64,000 nt of DNA from Bacteroidales bacterium (GTDB lineage: Bacteria > Bacteroidota > Bacteroidia > Bacteroidales > F082): positions 11,411-75,410 of the forward strand of contig JALNZU010000004.1 of NCBI GenBank assembly GCA_023229245.1, written 5' to 3'. The position numbers and the translations under genes were made by a program. Within the stretch, counting starts at the first letter, position 1. Every line of letters starts with the position of its first letter. This document shows positions 39,801-48,756 of the stretch, piece by piece. The notes under the pieces are model-generated. The model had not been told where the DNA came from and did no database searches. It worked only from the letters and a program-made list of their open reading frames with translations.

Positions 39801-40529
39801 AAGCGAGATCACTGTTTTGATATCTTTGAGATGAAAAAAATCAGCCCTGTCGTGCCTCAATGGAGCAAACTGTATGGCTGGCGGTCCTTGAATAAAGGCT
39901 ACATTATCGCTATAAGCCGAGACTAATCGGTTGGGATTAACAGCAGAGGTACGGCGTATCAAGCTAAAAAGAGTCTTAGGCATAGTTTCTCCGTTAATGA
40001 TAAAACTGCCGTTGAAAATTTTATGACGACAATGCTCGGAGTTGGCCTGAGCAAACCCGTACACCTCGCTGTCGGTCAAAAACCTTCCAAGTTTCTGGCT
40101 GAGATTCTCTAAATAGCTTACCTCATCTTCACTCATAGCTAAGCCGTGTGCCTGATTATATGCTGCAATGTCTTCAACCTCTTGCTGAGGCTGGGTTAGT
40201 CCGAAGGTCTGAAAGTCAGCTTCTTTAAGCCCATGATAAAGCATTTGGAGCATAGGATCAAAAGGATGATCGGCACCTACTTTGGTGAAATGCTCGATCC
40301 GTTGAATACCGGTTATACCCATGTTTTTGGTGATCTCAACTGCATTGGTGCTCCATGGGCTGATCATCTCCTTACGGGGACCTAAAAAATAGCCGGATAA
40401 CTGGCTTTGTCTAAGCGACGGGGCATTGCCAAAAAGCCATGACAGCTTAGGACAATCAATATCGCTTGGCTTTTGATCTGAGATTACTACAATAAATTCT
40501 CTTTCAGAAAGTTGAAAAAATGATATCAT
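36840..40529 (-). CDS. purL: Phosphoribosylformylglycinamidine (FGAM) synthase, single-chain large form
   Basis: FGAM synthetase motifs ([27 protein letters not shown], two AIR-synthase-like repeats) plus a C-terminal glutaminase domain (GVCNGCQ). The start at 40529 (MISFFQLSE) is preferred because a promoter-like box lies inside the longer ORF. Confidence 0.9.
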   Translation of the reverse strand: MISFFQLSEREFIVVISDQKPSDIDCPKLSWLFGNAPSLRQSQLSGYFLGPRKEMISPWSTNAVEITKNMGITGIQRIEHFTKVGADHPFDPMLQMLYHGLKEADFQTFGLTQPQQEVEDIAAYNQAHGLAMSEDEVSYLENLSQKLGRFLTDSEVYGFAQANSEHCRHKIFNGSFIINGETMPKTLFSLIRRTSAVNPNRLVSAYSDNVAFIQGPPAIQFAPLRHDRADFFHLKDIKTVISLKAETHNFPTTVEPFYGAATGSGGEIRDRMAGGKGSIPLAGTAVYMTSYPRMNNQRLWEGKYPPRPWLYQSPLDILIKASDGASDYGNKFGQPLINGSLLTFEHQENNQLYGYDKVIMLAGGVGYAKVEDAIKEKPLEGDTIIVMGGDNYRIGMGGGAVSSVDTGQLSSTIELNAVQRANPEMQKSIANVIRAMAEADHNPIRSIHDHGAGGHFNCLSELVEATGGMVYMDKLPVGDPTLSDKEILGNESQERMGLVIDANDVVLLKKVAERERAPLFEVGTVYDDGMLRIKRSETLFPVHMKLKDLLGKPPMTQLTDLTSSNSYKPVNTHEHQLHSYLNAVLKLEAVACKDWLTNKADRSVSGRVATQQTTGPIQLPLNNLGVITIDYTGSRGIATAIGHAPAAALINAQAGSQLAVAEALTNIVWTPIEGGLKGVSLSANWMWPAKNAGENARLYQAVEALSDMCVSLGINVPTGKDSLSMTQQYPDGTRVLAPGTVIVTAVGEVKDIRKTVTPRLKPDRNSRLLYIDLAGGGFHLGGSSLAQTLNQLGDQSPEIEDISYFAQAFEALQQLINKGLILSGHDVSAGGLITTLLEMNFSNPDTGMQIDLSHWEDIHIVDLLFCEKPSVVIQVESNSSAFAILKEAGIRYQDIGHAIEKAELHISHGAQKHLFDIHALRDQWFSTSYEFDRHQSGERYALQRFKNYKRQELRFSFGHLFSGQASQFQIQFNRRVSSGIQAAIIREKGVNGDREMAYALYLAGFDVKDVHMTDLINGSEDLSDVHMIAFVGGFSNSDVLGSAKGWAGAFLYNEKAKDALTNFYKRPDTLSLGVCNGCQLMVELNLIYPEHPEQVKILPNDSQKFESAFLTVEIPSNNSIMLSSLAGKRLGVWVSHGEGKFSFPCYRDKYNIAMTYGYEDYPGNPNGSDWGTAALCSNNGRHLAMMPHIERAFLPWQWPYYPEQRRQDEVSPWMEAFVNAREWIVAQID

Positions 40530-40570
40530 GCTGGCTTGTTTTGCATCCAACCCCTTTATTAAACTGAAAG

Positions 40571-40604
40571 CAAAGATATAAAATAGCGATAAAAGTGAAT
40601 CAAA
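40571..40604 (-). promoter_or_regulatory. Candidate purL promoter (TTTG, 22-nt spacer, TATCTTTG)
   Basis: The minus strand reads ttTTTGattcacttttatcgctattttaTATCTTTGc, ~42 nt upstream of the 40529 ATG. Confidence 0.35.
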
Positions 40605-40850
40605 AACTATCACTAAGTTGGGCGGTTTCTGAAAAATAGTACATAACTCTGCATGTAGCAATCAATCGAATGAGATTCTTACAGAAACATCAGACAAACC
40701 AAGGTAATAATTTTCTTTTTTTAGGTATAAGTTAGGTTAAAATAGCTACTTTTGTATGGTTTTCGTAGCTTTTACATACTTATAAATTACGTTTAATTAA
40801 GTCAATACACCTTCAGGAGGAAGGGGTACACACTCAAAAAAATTAAAAAG

Positions 40851-41345
40851 ATGAAAGAAAAATCAAAACGAAGCATTGAATTACTTAACAAGGCTATTTC
40901 TGAAGAATTAACTGCTGTTCATCAATATATGTATTTTCATTTTCATTGTGATGATCAGGGTTATGATCTGTTGGCTGGTTTATTTCGCCGTACTGCCATA
41001 GAGGAGATGGTTCATGTGGAAACATTGGCCGAGCGTATTTTGTTTTTGAAAGGTGATGTGCAGATGAAGTGGGCCGGAGAGGTAAAACCGGTACATGAGG
41101 TAAAAGATATGCTGCAATTAGCGGCTGAGATGGAACAGCAAAGTGCGCATGATTATAATATGTGGGCTAATGAGTGTGCTCAGAATGCGGATGCAGCTAC
41201 CAAGAAGATTTTCGAGTCGTTAGTGGATGATGAAGAACGTCATTTTGATCAGTTTGACGTGGAAATGGAAAACTTAGTGAAATTTGGAGATCATTATTTG
41301 GCGTTGCAATCTATAGAACGTAGCAAGAATATAGCCGGGGGTTGA
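40851..41345 (+). CDS. bfr: Bacterioferritin
   Basis: 164 aa. Aligns with E. coli Bfr: LNKAISEELTAVHQY, the ferroxidase-centre motif EEMVHVETLAERILFL (with Met at the heme-ligand position), and DDEERHFDQ. Confidence 0.85.
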   Translation: MKEKSKRSIELLNKAISEELTAVHQYMYFHFHCDDQGYDLLAGLFRRTAIEEMVHVETLAERILFLKGDVQMKWAGEVKPVHEVKDMLQLAAEMEQQSAHDYNMWANECAQNADAATKKIFESLVDDEERHFDQFDVEMENLVKFGDHYLALQSIERSKNIAGG

Positions 41346-41365
41346 GTGATATGCCTGAGGATAAC

Positions 41366-41399
41366 AAAAAAACGCAGCTTGATCAAGCTGCGTTTTTTT
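41366..41399. terminator. Bidirectional rho-independent terminator
   Basis: A7-acgcagcttgatcaagctgcgt-T7. This is a perfect 22-nt palindrome flanked by A and T runs, between convergent genes (stops at 41345 and 41407). Confidence 0.8.
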
Positions 41400-41406
41400 G
41401 TAGTAA

Positions 41407-41619
41407 CTATATATCTTTGATTAGAGAATGTTTGTGTTCGCAGGATGGTTTTACTAATCCGCTGCTGCATGCGCAACCAATCTTTTTACCATGTGCATCT
41501 AAACTGCTGCTGCAATGCTTTTTGAATTCGCCGTTCTTTTGAACGAACATTTTAATGGCTATACCGGCGAAAGCAATGCCAACAATGAATACGCTGAGTA
41601 TGATAAGTTTTAAATACAT
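41407..41619 (-). CDS. Small single-pass membrane protein with a four-Cys tail (family unresolved; NqrM/DUF539-like pattern possible)
   Basis: 70 aa. An N-terminal TM helix, then KKHC-x12-CAC-x8-C. The ORF ends at a strong terminator. See the finding at these coordinates. Confidence 0.4.
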   Translation of the reverse strand: MYLKLIILSVFIVGIAFAGIAIKMFVQKNGEFKKHCSSSLDAHGKKIGCACSSGLVKPSCEHKHSLIKDI

Positions 41620-41697
41620 GAGCTTTTAAATTTTAAGCAAAAGTAAGCTTTTTCATTTCAACAAGCCGTATGAAAGAATGTTCACCTCAAAAAAAAA

Positions 41698-42459
41698 TCA
41701 ATTTTTCATTTTAAATGCAGCTAATATGATAGAAGTTGCGATGGCTGCATTTAATGAATCGGTTTGGCCGCTATCCGAATAGGAGGGGATGGTAATTTGG
41801 TTTTGGAGGAAAGGATATAAATATTCACCTATTCCATGCGATTCGCTTCCAACAACTAACACATTGCTTGTGCTCTTTAATCCGGCTTCAAATACGTTCT
41901 CACCTTCGAGGGTGGCACCTGTGATGCTGAATGCATGCTGTGTCAGCTCATGGCATAAGATATCCAATGGTGTTTCAGTCAATGGTACCCTGAAAATAGA
42001 ACCCATGCTTGCCTGCACAACTTTTGAGTTGTATGGGTCAACCGTATCGGGGCTATAAAAAATATGTGCTACTCCAAACCAATCGGCTGATCGAATGATG
42101 CTACCTAAGTTACCCGGGTCGTTGATACCGTCAAGTGCTACTATTGTCTTCCCTTTAAGCTGTTTAACATCTGCTTCGTGATGAACTATAGGAGCTATAG
42201 CCAGAATTCCCGGTGGGGTATGGAGTTGGCTGAGGGTTTTCATTTCTTGGTCGGTGATCACCTTGTAATGCAGGCCTGTCAGTAAACTGTCATTTCTTGT
42301 CAGCCACTGCTGTGTCACAAAAATTTCTGTCAGTGGAATATCACTTCGTATAGCTTCGCTTAGCAGCTTGGTGCCTTCAATAATAAATTCCTGCCGGCTT
42401 AGTCGAAACTTTTTCATGCGCAGACTTCTAATATATTTCAGCTGTTTGGCACTAAGCAT
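41698..42459 (-). CDS. TrmH/SpoU-family RNA 2'-O-methyltransferase
   Basis: SpoU substrate-binding N-domain plus a trefoil-knot domain (DGINDPGNLGSIIRSADWFG, VVGSESHGI, SLNAAIATSI). The start at 42459 (MLSAKQLKYIRSL) avoids overlap with the rplI terminator. Confidence 0.8.
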   Translation of the reverse strand: MLSAKQLKYIRSLRMKKFRLSRQEFIIEGTKLLSEAIRSDIPLTEIFVTQQWLTRNDSLLTGLHYKVITDQEMKTLSQLHTPPGILAIAPIVHHEADVKQLKGKTIVALDGINDPGNLGSIIRSADWFGVAHIFYSPDTVDPYNSKVVQASMGSIFRVPLTETPLDILCHELTQHAFSITGATLEGENVFEAGLKSTSNVLVVGSESHGIGEYLYPFLQNQITIPSYSDSGQTDSLNAAIATSIILAAFKMKN

Positions 42460-42502
42460 AAGCGTGTTGTATAAAATACCAAGCGAAGATATCAAAAAAA
42501 AG

Positions 42503-42535
42503 AAAACCTGACTTTGGCTTACAAAATCAGGTTTT
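42503..42535 (-). terminator. Candidate terminator downstream of rplI
   Basis: The minus strand reads aaaacctga-(15-nt loop)-tcaggtttt followed by cttttttttg. Confidence 0.5.
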
Positions 42536-42554
42536 ACTAATCAGTATTGTTGAG

Positions 42555-43004
42555 TTATTCAGCGAAAACTTCGAATTCAATTTCAAGTTGTACCTCTCTG
42601 TGGAGCTTGATCTTAGCTTGATAATTTCCTAATTCTTTGATAGCTTCTTCATCAAGATGAATTTTTTTCCGGTCTATTTCAATATTTCGGGCTTCTTTGA
42701 TGGCATTGGCAATCTGTACGGTGTTGACCGATCCAAATATCTTACCAGAGGTACCTGCTTTGGCTGGAATGCGTAAGCTCAGTCCTTCCAATGCTTTAGC
42801 TATTGTAAGTGCTTCATTTTTGATTTTATCAGCTTTGAAAGCTTGCTGTTTTTTTAGCTCAGCTAAAATTTTACGGTTTGTGTCGTTGGCTATTATAGCT
42901 AATCCTTTAGGTATTAAATAGTTTCTGGCATATCCGTCTTTTACCCTTACGATATCGTTGGTAAAGCCTAATTTCTCGATATCTTGTTTTAAAATTACTT
43001 CCAT
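42555..43004 (-). CDS. rplI: 50S ribosomal protein L9
   Basis: 149 aa. MEVILKQDIEKLG...VKDGYARNYLIPKGLA is canonical L9. Confidence 0.93.
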   Translation of the reverse strand: MEVILKQDIEKLGFTNDIVRVKDGYARNYLIPKGLAIIANDTNRKILAELKKQQAFKADKIKNEALTIAKALEGLSLRIPAKAGTSGKIFGSVNTVQIANAIKEARNIEIDRKKIHLDEEAIKELGNYQAKIKLHREVQLEIEFEVFAE

Positions 43005-43023
43005 GGTATTACTCCTCTTTATT

Positions 43024-43293
43024 TTATTTCAACAGATCGGCTACATAAGGCATTAGAGCAAGGTGACGGGCACGTTTGACAGCCTGTGCAACTTTTTTCT
43101 GGTATTTGGTTGATGTTCCTGTGATTCTACGAGGCAAGAGTTTGCCCTGTTCGTTGACGAACCTCAACAGGAAATCGGCATCTTTATAGTCGATATATTT
43201 GATTCGGTTTTTCTTGAACCGGCAGTATTTTTTTCTCTTAGTATCAACTGCTATCGGAGTTAAATATTTAATTTCTGAAGTTCCTTGTGCCAT
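43024..43293 (-). CDS. rpsR: 30S ribosomal protein S18
   Basis: 89 aa. KKYCRF...IDYKD...[41 protein letters not shown] is canonical S18. Confidence 0.93.
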   Translation of the reverse strand: MAQGTSEIKYLTPIAVDTKRKKYCRFKKNRIKYIDYKDADFLLRFVNEQGKLLPRRITGTSTKYQKKVAQAVKRARHLALMPYVADLLK

Positions 43294-43320
43294 TTTTTCT
43301 TTGTTTTATGGTTACTGAAT

Positions 43321-43683
43321 TTATGCCTGAGCTTCTGTAGTTACTGTTTGAGCTTCCTGAGCTTTTTTACGCTTCTTCTCGTTATAAGTAATCGCATGCT
43401 TATCGAGTTTCACAGTAAGGAAGCGGATGATACGTTCATCGCGCTTAAGTTGTGTCTCAAGCTCGGCTATCAAGCTGCCTTCGGCCTTGTACTCAATCAG
43501 ATGATACAAACCGGTGGTCTTCTTTTGAATGGGATATGCTAATTTACGCATCCCCCAGTGTTCTTCGTGAACGATCTCAGCACCATGCTGTTTCAGATAG
43601 TCCTGATACTTCTTTACCGCTTCCTTCATCTGATCATCAGACAAAACGGGAGTTACAATGAAAACGGTTTCGTACTGGTTCAT
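43321..43683 (-). CDS. rpsF: 30S ribosomal protein S6
   Basis: 120 aa. [16 protein letters not shown]...[14 protein letters not shown] is canonical S6. First gene of the rpsF-rpsR-rplI operon. Confidence 0.93.
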   Translation of the reverse strand: MNQYETVFIVTPVLSDDQMKEAVKKYQDYLKQHGAEIVHEEHWGMRKLAYPIQKKTTGLYHLIEYKAEGSLIAELETQLKRDERIIRFLTVKLDKHAITYNEKKRKKAQEAQTVTTEAQA

Positions 43684-43726
43684 AAGTGTAAGATTAATTA
43701 AAAAATAAAATTAAAAATTTGGAGTG

Positions 43727-43756
43727 CAAAATTATACAATCTTTTGAAACTAACAA
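43727..43756 (-). promoter_or_regulatory. Candidate rpsF operon promoter (TTG, 19-nt spacer, TAATTTTG)
   Basis: The minus strand reads gcTTGttagtttcaaaagattgtaTAATTTTGcac, ~43 nt upstream of the rpsF ATG. Confidence 0.4.
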
Positions 43757-43769
43757 GCGAATCTATTGC

Positions 43770-44216
43770 CTATTTTTCAATAGCCCGACTTGATGAGGGT
43801 TTTTTTAGTCGATACCAATGAACTAAAACGATCAGAACCAACATAAATAAATCCATATAAAACTTATGGAAACCCGCTTCATTGATAATACTGGCCTGAA
43901 CAGCCAGAATTATTACTGATCCGGTCAGAAAAAAGATCAACCCTAATCTGTAATGGTTGTTATACAATAGTATCAGGCCGGCCAAAAGCAAAAGATACAC
44001 TCCAAACAAAATGAATATCAACAGAAAAAAACCAAACGGCGAGAATGAAAAACCATCTAAATACTGATTGGCTAAAGAGGTTAAAAACTCATTATAAACT
44101 AATGCAAGAAAGAATCCGATGGCAGTAATGGCGTAATAAATAAATGAAAAGATAAAGATCAGTTTGTATGTCAGCTTAGGGCGCTTGCGTGTGTCGCTAA
44201 CCGGCTTATTTGTCAT
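43770..44216 (-). CDS. Hypothetical polytopic membrane protein (downstream member of a tandem pair)
   Basis: 148 aa, ~4 predicted TM helices. N-terminal SDTRKRPKLTYKLIFIFSFI resembles the N-terminus of the upstream neighbour. Confidence 0.4.
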   Translation of the reverse strand: MTNKPVSDTRKRPKLTYKLIFIFSFIYYAITAIGFFLALVYNEFLTSLANQYLDGFSFSPFGFFLLIFILFGVYLLLLAGLILLYNNHYRLGLIFFLTGSVIILAVQASIINEAGFHKFYMDLFMLVLIVLVHWYRLKKPSSSRAIEK

Positions 44217-44664
44217 GGTCTGAAGGATTGGTAGCAGTATTGATCAACCTGAGGTATAGCAATATAAACATCGAGCTGAGTAAAAGATCAAAGGTAGGAA
44301 ATTGGCCTGAAGGCCTGTACACATAAATAGTGGAGACGATCAACAATAGTATTTGTGACAGGGTATAGACATGAAATCCCGATTTGCGAAGCTGCCATAA
44401 ATAGCGTACCCCGATGAAAGAGATAATATTTAGCAAACCGGTCAGAAAGAAATAGACCTTATCAACTGATAAAATAATGGCGGGGTCTAAATCCCATACC
44501 GACCAGTCTATCTGTTGAATAGTATGGGTGACCAAGTCGAAATTCAGATACACAAAAAGATTGCTGAAAGCCAATAATCCACTCCCTATGAAGCTTAAAA
44601 TACATAAAAACGTTAACAGTGCAGGTCGCTTGCCGGAGGTGTTACTGATCTGAGGTGTATCCAT
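44206..44664 (-). CDS. Hypothetical polytopic membrane protein (upstream member of a tandem pair)
   Basis: 152 aa, ~4 predicted TM helices. N-terminal SNTSGKRPALLTFLCILSFI. Overlaps the downstream gene by 11 nt. Confidence 0.4.
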   Translation of the reverse strand: MDTPQISNTSGKRPALLTFLCILSFIGSGLLAFSNLFVYLNFDLVTHTIQQIDWSVWDLDPAIILSVDKVYFFLTGLLNIISFIGVRYLWQLRKSGFHVYTLSQILLLIVSTIYVYRPSGQFPTFDLLLSSMFILLYLRLINTATNPSDHDK

Positions 44665-44821
44665 AAAAAAATTAGGTTTTAGAGCGTTTGACTATGTGTG
44701 AAACGGCTTTGACCGAATTATACCATCAAACTGCCTATTGAATGTTCAACGGGCTGATGGGCCAAAATTACGACTTTTTTACGCGTGTATTCTTGATATC
44801 TTTGCCAAAACTTTTGAGCTG

Positions 44822-45142
44822 ATGGATATACAGGAATTACAATATAAAATTGAACATTCTGATGCATTAATGGTGTATTTTTTTAGCGACCATTGCGCTC
44901 CATGTATCAGCTTGCGCCCTAAAATACAAGCCTTGCTCAGGGATGATTTCTTGAGTATTGAGCTGTTGTTTATAGATTCAGAAGCTTTACCCGAGCTGTC
45001 GGCTTATTATCAGGTGTTTTCATTGCCAACCTTTATCTTGTATTTTCAAGGAAAAGAGTTTCAACGATGGAGCAAATACGTGTCGATCGGACAGCTGTCG
45101 CAAGCAATTGCACGGCCTTATCAACTGCTTTTCAGCGAATAA
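44822..45142 (+). CDS. Thioredoxin-fold protein (CAPC active site)
   Basis: 106 aa from the ATG at 44822. VYFFSDHCAPCISLRP, then LPTFILYFQGKE (cis-Pro loop). A TATCTTTG -7 box at 44797-44804 lies inside the longer ORF-track version, which argues for the shorter start. Confidence 0.65.
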   Translation: MDIQELQYKIEHSDALMVYFFSDHCAPCISLRPKIQALLRDDFLSIELLFIDSEALPELSAYYQVFSLPTFILYFQGKEFQRWSKYVSIGQLSQAIARPYQLLFSE

Positions 45143-45147
45143 GTCTC

Positions 45148-46665
45148 TTATATTCCATCTATCAACCTGTCGCTAACCTTCAGTGGTACCGATCGGATAA
45201 ATTCTGCTGTTTTAGCAATATCTGTATAAATGATCTTATCTTCTCCCATGAATCCCACCTGTTTGCGATAGTCTGCCACAAAGTCTTCTATAAATGGAGA
45301 AGATCGCAGAGGGCGACGGAAATCAAGGGCCTGTGCTGCATTCAGCAACTCTATCGCTAATATCTGTTCTAAGTTCATCACTACTTTATAGGTGCGTGTG
45401 GCAGCATTAGCTCCCATACTGACATGGTCTTCCTGCCCTTGTGAGGATACGATGGAATCCGTTGAGGCAGGAGTACACAGTTGTTTGTTTTGACTGACCA
45501 GACTGGCTGCCGTATATTGCGGGATCATAAAGCCGGAGTTCAAGCCTGAGTTTGCTACTAAAAACGATGGCAGACCACGTTTCCCATTGATAAGCTGATA
45601 AGTCCGGCGTTCGGAGATATTGCCCAATTCCGATAAAGCTATCGCTAATAGATCAAATGCAATTGCTAAGGGCTGTCCATGAAAGTTGCCGGCTGAAATG
45701 ATCAGGTCTTCTTCGGGAAATATGGTAGGATTGTCAGTGACGGCATTGATCTCATTGCTGAAAACCTTAGCCACATGATTGATAGAATCTTTGGAAGCAC
45801 CATGTACCTGAGGGATGCATCGGAAACTGTAGGGATCTTGTACGTGAATTTTCTTTTGACCGATCAGCTCGCTACCCTCTAAAAGATAGCGTATGCGTGC
45901 AGCAGTATCGATCTGGCCTTTGTGATGCCGTATGAGGTGTACTTGCTCAAAAAAGGCTTCTATCCTGCCGTCAAAAGCATCTAATGAAATTGCCGCAATG
46001 ATGTCTGATAATATGGATAATCGTATGGATTTCAATAGTATAAATACTCCATATGCGCTCATGAACTGGGTGCCGTTGAGCAGAGCTAATCCTTCTTTCG
46101 ATTGCAGTTCGATTGCTTTCCAGCCTAAGCGATCCATTACGGCTTGTGCAGCGAATCGCTCGCCTTGATAGTTTACTTCGCCAAGACCTAACAATGGCAG
46201 GCTCAGATGTGCCAAAGGTGCCAAATCGCCTGATGCACCCAACGACCCTTGCTGATACACCACCGGATATATCTCAAGGTTATACATCTCAATCAGCCGT
46301 TCGACAGTTTGTAGCTGCACGCCGGAATGCCCATACGAGAGGCTTTGTATTTTAAGCAACAGCATCAGTTTGACTATCTCCTGCGGCACTTCTTCCCCAA
46401 CGCCACACGCATGCGACATGACTAAATTCTTTTGTAGTATGCCTAAATCGGACGGTGGTATATTGGTGTCATAAAGCGAACCAAATCCGGTAGTGATACC
46501 ATATACCGGCTCGGTCTGTCTGGCCATCTTTTGGTCTAAATACCTGCGGCAAGCTATGACCTTTTCTTTGGATGAGCTGCTGAGACCTAATTTGTAATTT
46601 TCTGTAATAATCTGAAAAATGCGTTGGAAAGTGAGTTTGTCGGAACTGATCAGATGTATGTTCAT
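45148..46665 (-). CDS. hutH: Histidine ammonia-lyase
   Basis: 505 aa. MIO-forming GSLGASGDLAPLAHL. The selectivity motif NLVMSHACGVG (Ser-His) is characteristic of HAL rather than TAL/PAL. Confidence 0.85.
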   Translation of the reverse strand: MNIHLISSDKLTFQRIFQIITENYKLGLSSSSKEKVIACRRYLDQKMARQTEPVYGITTGFGSLYDTNIPPSDLGILQKNLVMSHACGVGEEVPQEIVKLMLLLKIQSLSYGHSGVQLQTVERLIEMYNLEIYPVVYQQGSLGASGDLAPLAHLSLPLLGLGEVNYQGERFAAQAVMDRLGWKAIELQSKEGLALLNGTQFMSAYGVFILLKSIRLSILSDIIAAISLDAFDGRIEAFFEQVHLIRHHKGQIDTAARIRYLLEGSELIGQKKIHVQDPYSFRCIPQVHGASKDSINHVAKVFSNEINAVTDNPTIFPEEDLIISAGNFHGQPLAIAFDLLAIALSELGNISERRTYQLINGKRGLPSFLVANSGLNSGFMIPQYTAASLVSQNKQLCTPASTDSIVSSQGQEDHVSMGANAATRTYKVVMNLEQILAIELLNAAQALDFRRPLRSSPFIEDFVADYRKQVGFMGEDKIIYTDIAKTAEFIRSVPLKVSDRLIDGI

Positions 46666-46726
46666 AAACGAGATATTGTGATTTTGTTGACGTTCGATTT
46701 GGAGTCGGAGAATATTTATAAGTGTT

Positions 46727-48121
46727 TTATAGCTTGATATCTATATCGTTGATAGATTGATAATAATGCTCCAGCACTTGTATCAACCCGGTACTGGGTA
46801 TCTCTTTCTGATCGCCTGACTGCATCCATTTCACACTGAAAAGTTGTTGTTGAATCTCCTTTTCGCCTGCCATAACCACTATAGGTATTTGCTTGTTATC
46901 GGCATACTTCAGTTGCTTTCTGATCTTGTCGGCATCAGGATATAGTTCTGCGCTCAGATTTTTCATTCGTAACTCTTGCAGATAAGGCAGGCAGTATGCT
47001 GATTCTTTTTTGCCAAAGTTGAGGAAGAGTATTTGGGTAGTGTGATACGTTTTCTGAGGGAAGAGATTTTTCTCCATCATCACATCATATATCCTGTCGG
47101 CACCAAAGCTTATCCCTATGCCTGAGATACCTTCTAATCCGAATACTCCGGTAAGGTCGTCGTAGCGGCCTCCACCGCATATACTTCCTATCTGCACATC
47201 TACTGCTTCAACCTCTATGATAGCACCTGTATAATAGTTCAGCCCGCGTGCAAGGGTGAGGTCTAAATCCCAATTAAGATTCAGCTTCATTTGATCTAAA
47301 TAATCAAACAGCTCATTTGTTTCTTCAATTCCTTTGCGACCTATAGATGAGTCATCTAACAAAGAAGATAGCTTCCCGAGCTTTTCCCGGCTATTGCCCT
47401 CCATGAATAATACTGGTTGTAGTTTTTGGATAGCTGCATGAGGTATGCCTTTGTCAACCAGCTCCTTAGTGACTTCTTCTAATCCAATCTTATCTAATTT
47501 GTCAATAGCTATGGTGATTGGGATCAACTTGTCGGGATGTCCTATATATTCTGCTATCCCTGATAGTATTTTACGGTTGTTGATCTTCACCTCAACATTG
47601 ATATTGAGTTCACCGAACACATCGTCCACTAAACTGACTAATTCGGCTTCGTTAAGCAATGAGTCGCTTCCTATCACATCGGCATCGCACTGATAAAACT
47701 CACGGTATCTGCCTTTTTGAGGTCTGTCGGCTCTCCACACGGGCTGAATCTGGTAGCGCTTAAACGGAAAGGTGATCTCATGGCGATTTTGTACTATATA
47801 GCGTGCAAAAGGAACCGTAAGGTCGTACCTAAGTCCTTTCTCACTGATACGGCCTGATAATTTGTCAGCAACCAATGATTCACCCGGATCGATTCCTTTG
47901 AGGAAATCGCCTGAATTCAGGATACGGAACAATAATTTATCTCCTTCATCCCCATATTTTCCTAAAAGGGTTGACAAGTTTTCCATAGCTGGAGTTTCGA
48001 TGGGCATATAGCCGTATCGCTTGAACATCGTACGTATGACATCGAAGATATAGTTTCGTCGCGACATGACCATAGGACCAAAATCGCGGGTTCCTTTAGG
48101 TATGGAAGGTTTAAACACCAT
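46727..48121 (-). CDS. hisS: Histidine--tRNA ligase
   Basis: 464 aa. Class II motifs (PKGTRDF, FRILNSGD..., YQIQPVWRADRPQKGRYREFYQCD, GGGRYDDL) and a C-terminal anticodon-binding domain. Confidence 0.92.
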   Translation of the reverse strand: MVFKPSIPKGTRDFGPMVMSRRNYIFDVIRTMFKRYGYMPIETPAMENLSTLLGKYGDEGDKLLFRILNSGDFLKGIDPGESLVADKLSGRISEKGLRYDLTVPFARYIVQNRHEITFPFKRYQIQPVWRADRPQKGRYREFYQCDADVIGSDSLLNEAELVSLVDDVFGELNINVEVKINNRKILSGIAEYIGHPDKLIPITIAIDKLDKIGLEEVTKELVDKGIPHAAIQKLQPVLFMEGNSREKLGKLSSLLDDSSIGRKGIEETNELFDYLDQMKLNLNWDLDLTLARGLNYYTGAIIEVEAVDVQIGSICGGGRYDDLTGVFGLEGISGIGISFGADRIYDVMMEKNLFPQKTYHTTQILFLNFGKKESAYCLPYLQELRMKNLSAELYPDADKIRKQLKYADNKQIPIVVMAGEKEIQQQLFSVKWMQSGDQKEIPSTGLIQVLEHYYQSINDIDIKL

Positions 48122-48242
48122 GATGATTTATTTGAGCTGCAAAATTAGGAAAAAACACGGGTTTTGTGGCAATAACAGTATTTGTGTGGATAGAAACTGT
48201 TTGAAATACTATGCTGTGTGGTTACACTATATATTGGTCTTT

Positions 48243-48272
48243 CTATCAGTCTTCGATTCACTATCAGTCTTC
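48243..48272. repeat. Two exact copies of ctatcagtcttc, 18 nt start-to-start
   Basis: Copies at 48243-48254 and 48261-48272, read directly. They lie in the spacer between the cupin-gene stop (48276) and the hisS upstream region. Confidence 0.6.
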
Positions 48273-48275
48273 AGA

Positions 48276-48749
48276 CTAACTTAGTCCAAGTTGCTGCAAT
48301 ATTTTTGTGTTGAACATACCGGCCTCGGGTTCATCTTCACCTGGTGCCCACGAAGCAAATTTTTTATCTGTCTTAGGATCATATGGGCCGTCTTTCACTT
48401 CATAGGCTACTGATCCTGTCTGAAGGCTTATGATGCTGTGCCAGCGACCTGCTGCTATCTCACAGCCGTAATTTCCGGTTGCCGCATCCAACACTATATG
48501 GTCTGCTATCTCACCTTGATTTGTGTATTCAACCACCAGTATCCGTCCTCTCAAACAGAAAAAGACTTCTGTTTTGTCGGGTAGTTCGTGTTTATGTGGC
48601 TGTATATAGGTTTCGGGCTCCATCGCATTCAACATACGCTGTATCAGTGAATCGGGGTTAGGATGGAAATTAAATATCTGCCTTTTGCGCTTGCTTTGCC
48701 GAGCCTGAGCGATCAGTGTGTCAATGATAGAATCATCTATGCGGATCAT
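48276..48749 (-). CDS. WbuC-family cupin-fold protein
   Basis: 158 aa from the ATG at 48749 (MIRIDDSIID...). RKRQIFNFH..., IQPHKHE and a small beta-barrel pattern. The longer ORF-track N-terminus overlaps ettA and is discounted. Confidence 0.55.
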   Translation of the reverse strand: MIRIDDSIIDTLIAQARQSKRKRQIFNFHPNPDSLIQRMLNAMEPETYIQPHKHELPDKTEVFFCLRGRILVVEYTNQGEIADHIVLDAATGNYGCEIAAGRWHSIISLQTGSVAYEVKDGPYDPKTDKKFASWAPGEDEPEAGMFNTKILQQLGLS

Positions 48750-48756
48750 AGGTTTG

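Noticed and set aside
40530-40700. Looked for a purine or ZTP riboswitch upstream of purL.
   Set aside because: If the TATCTTTG box is the promoter, only ~40 nt of leader remain. No pseudoknot-forming conserved elements were recognisable.
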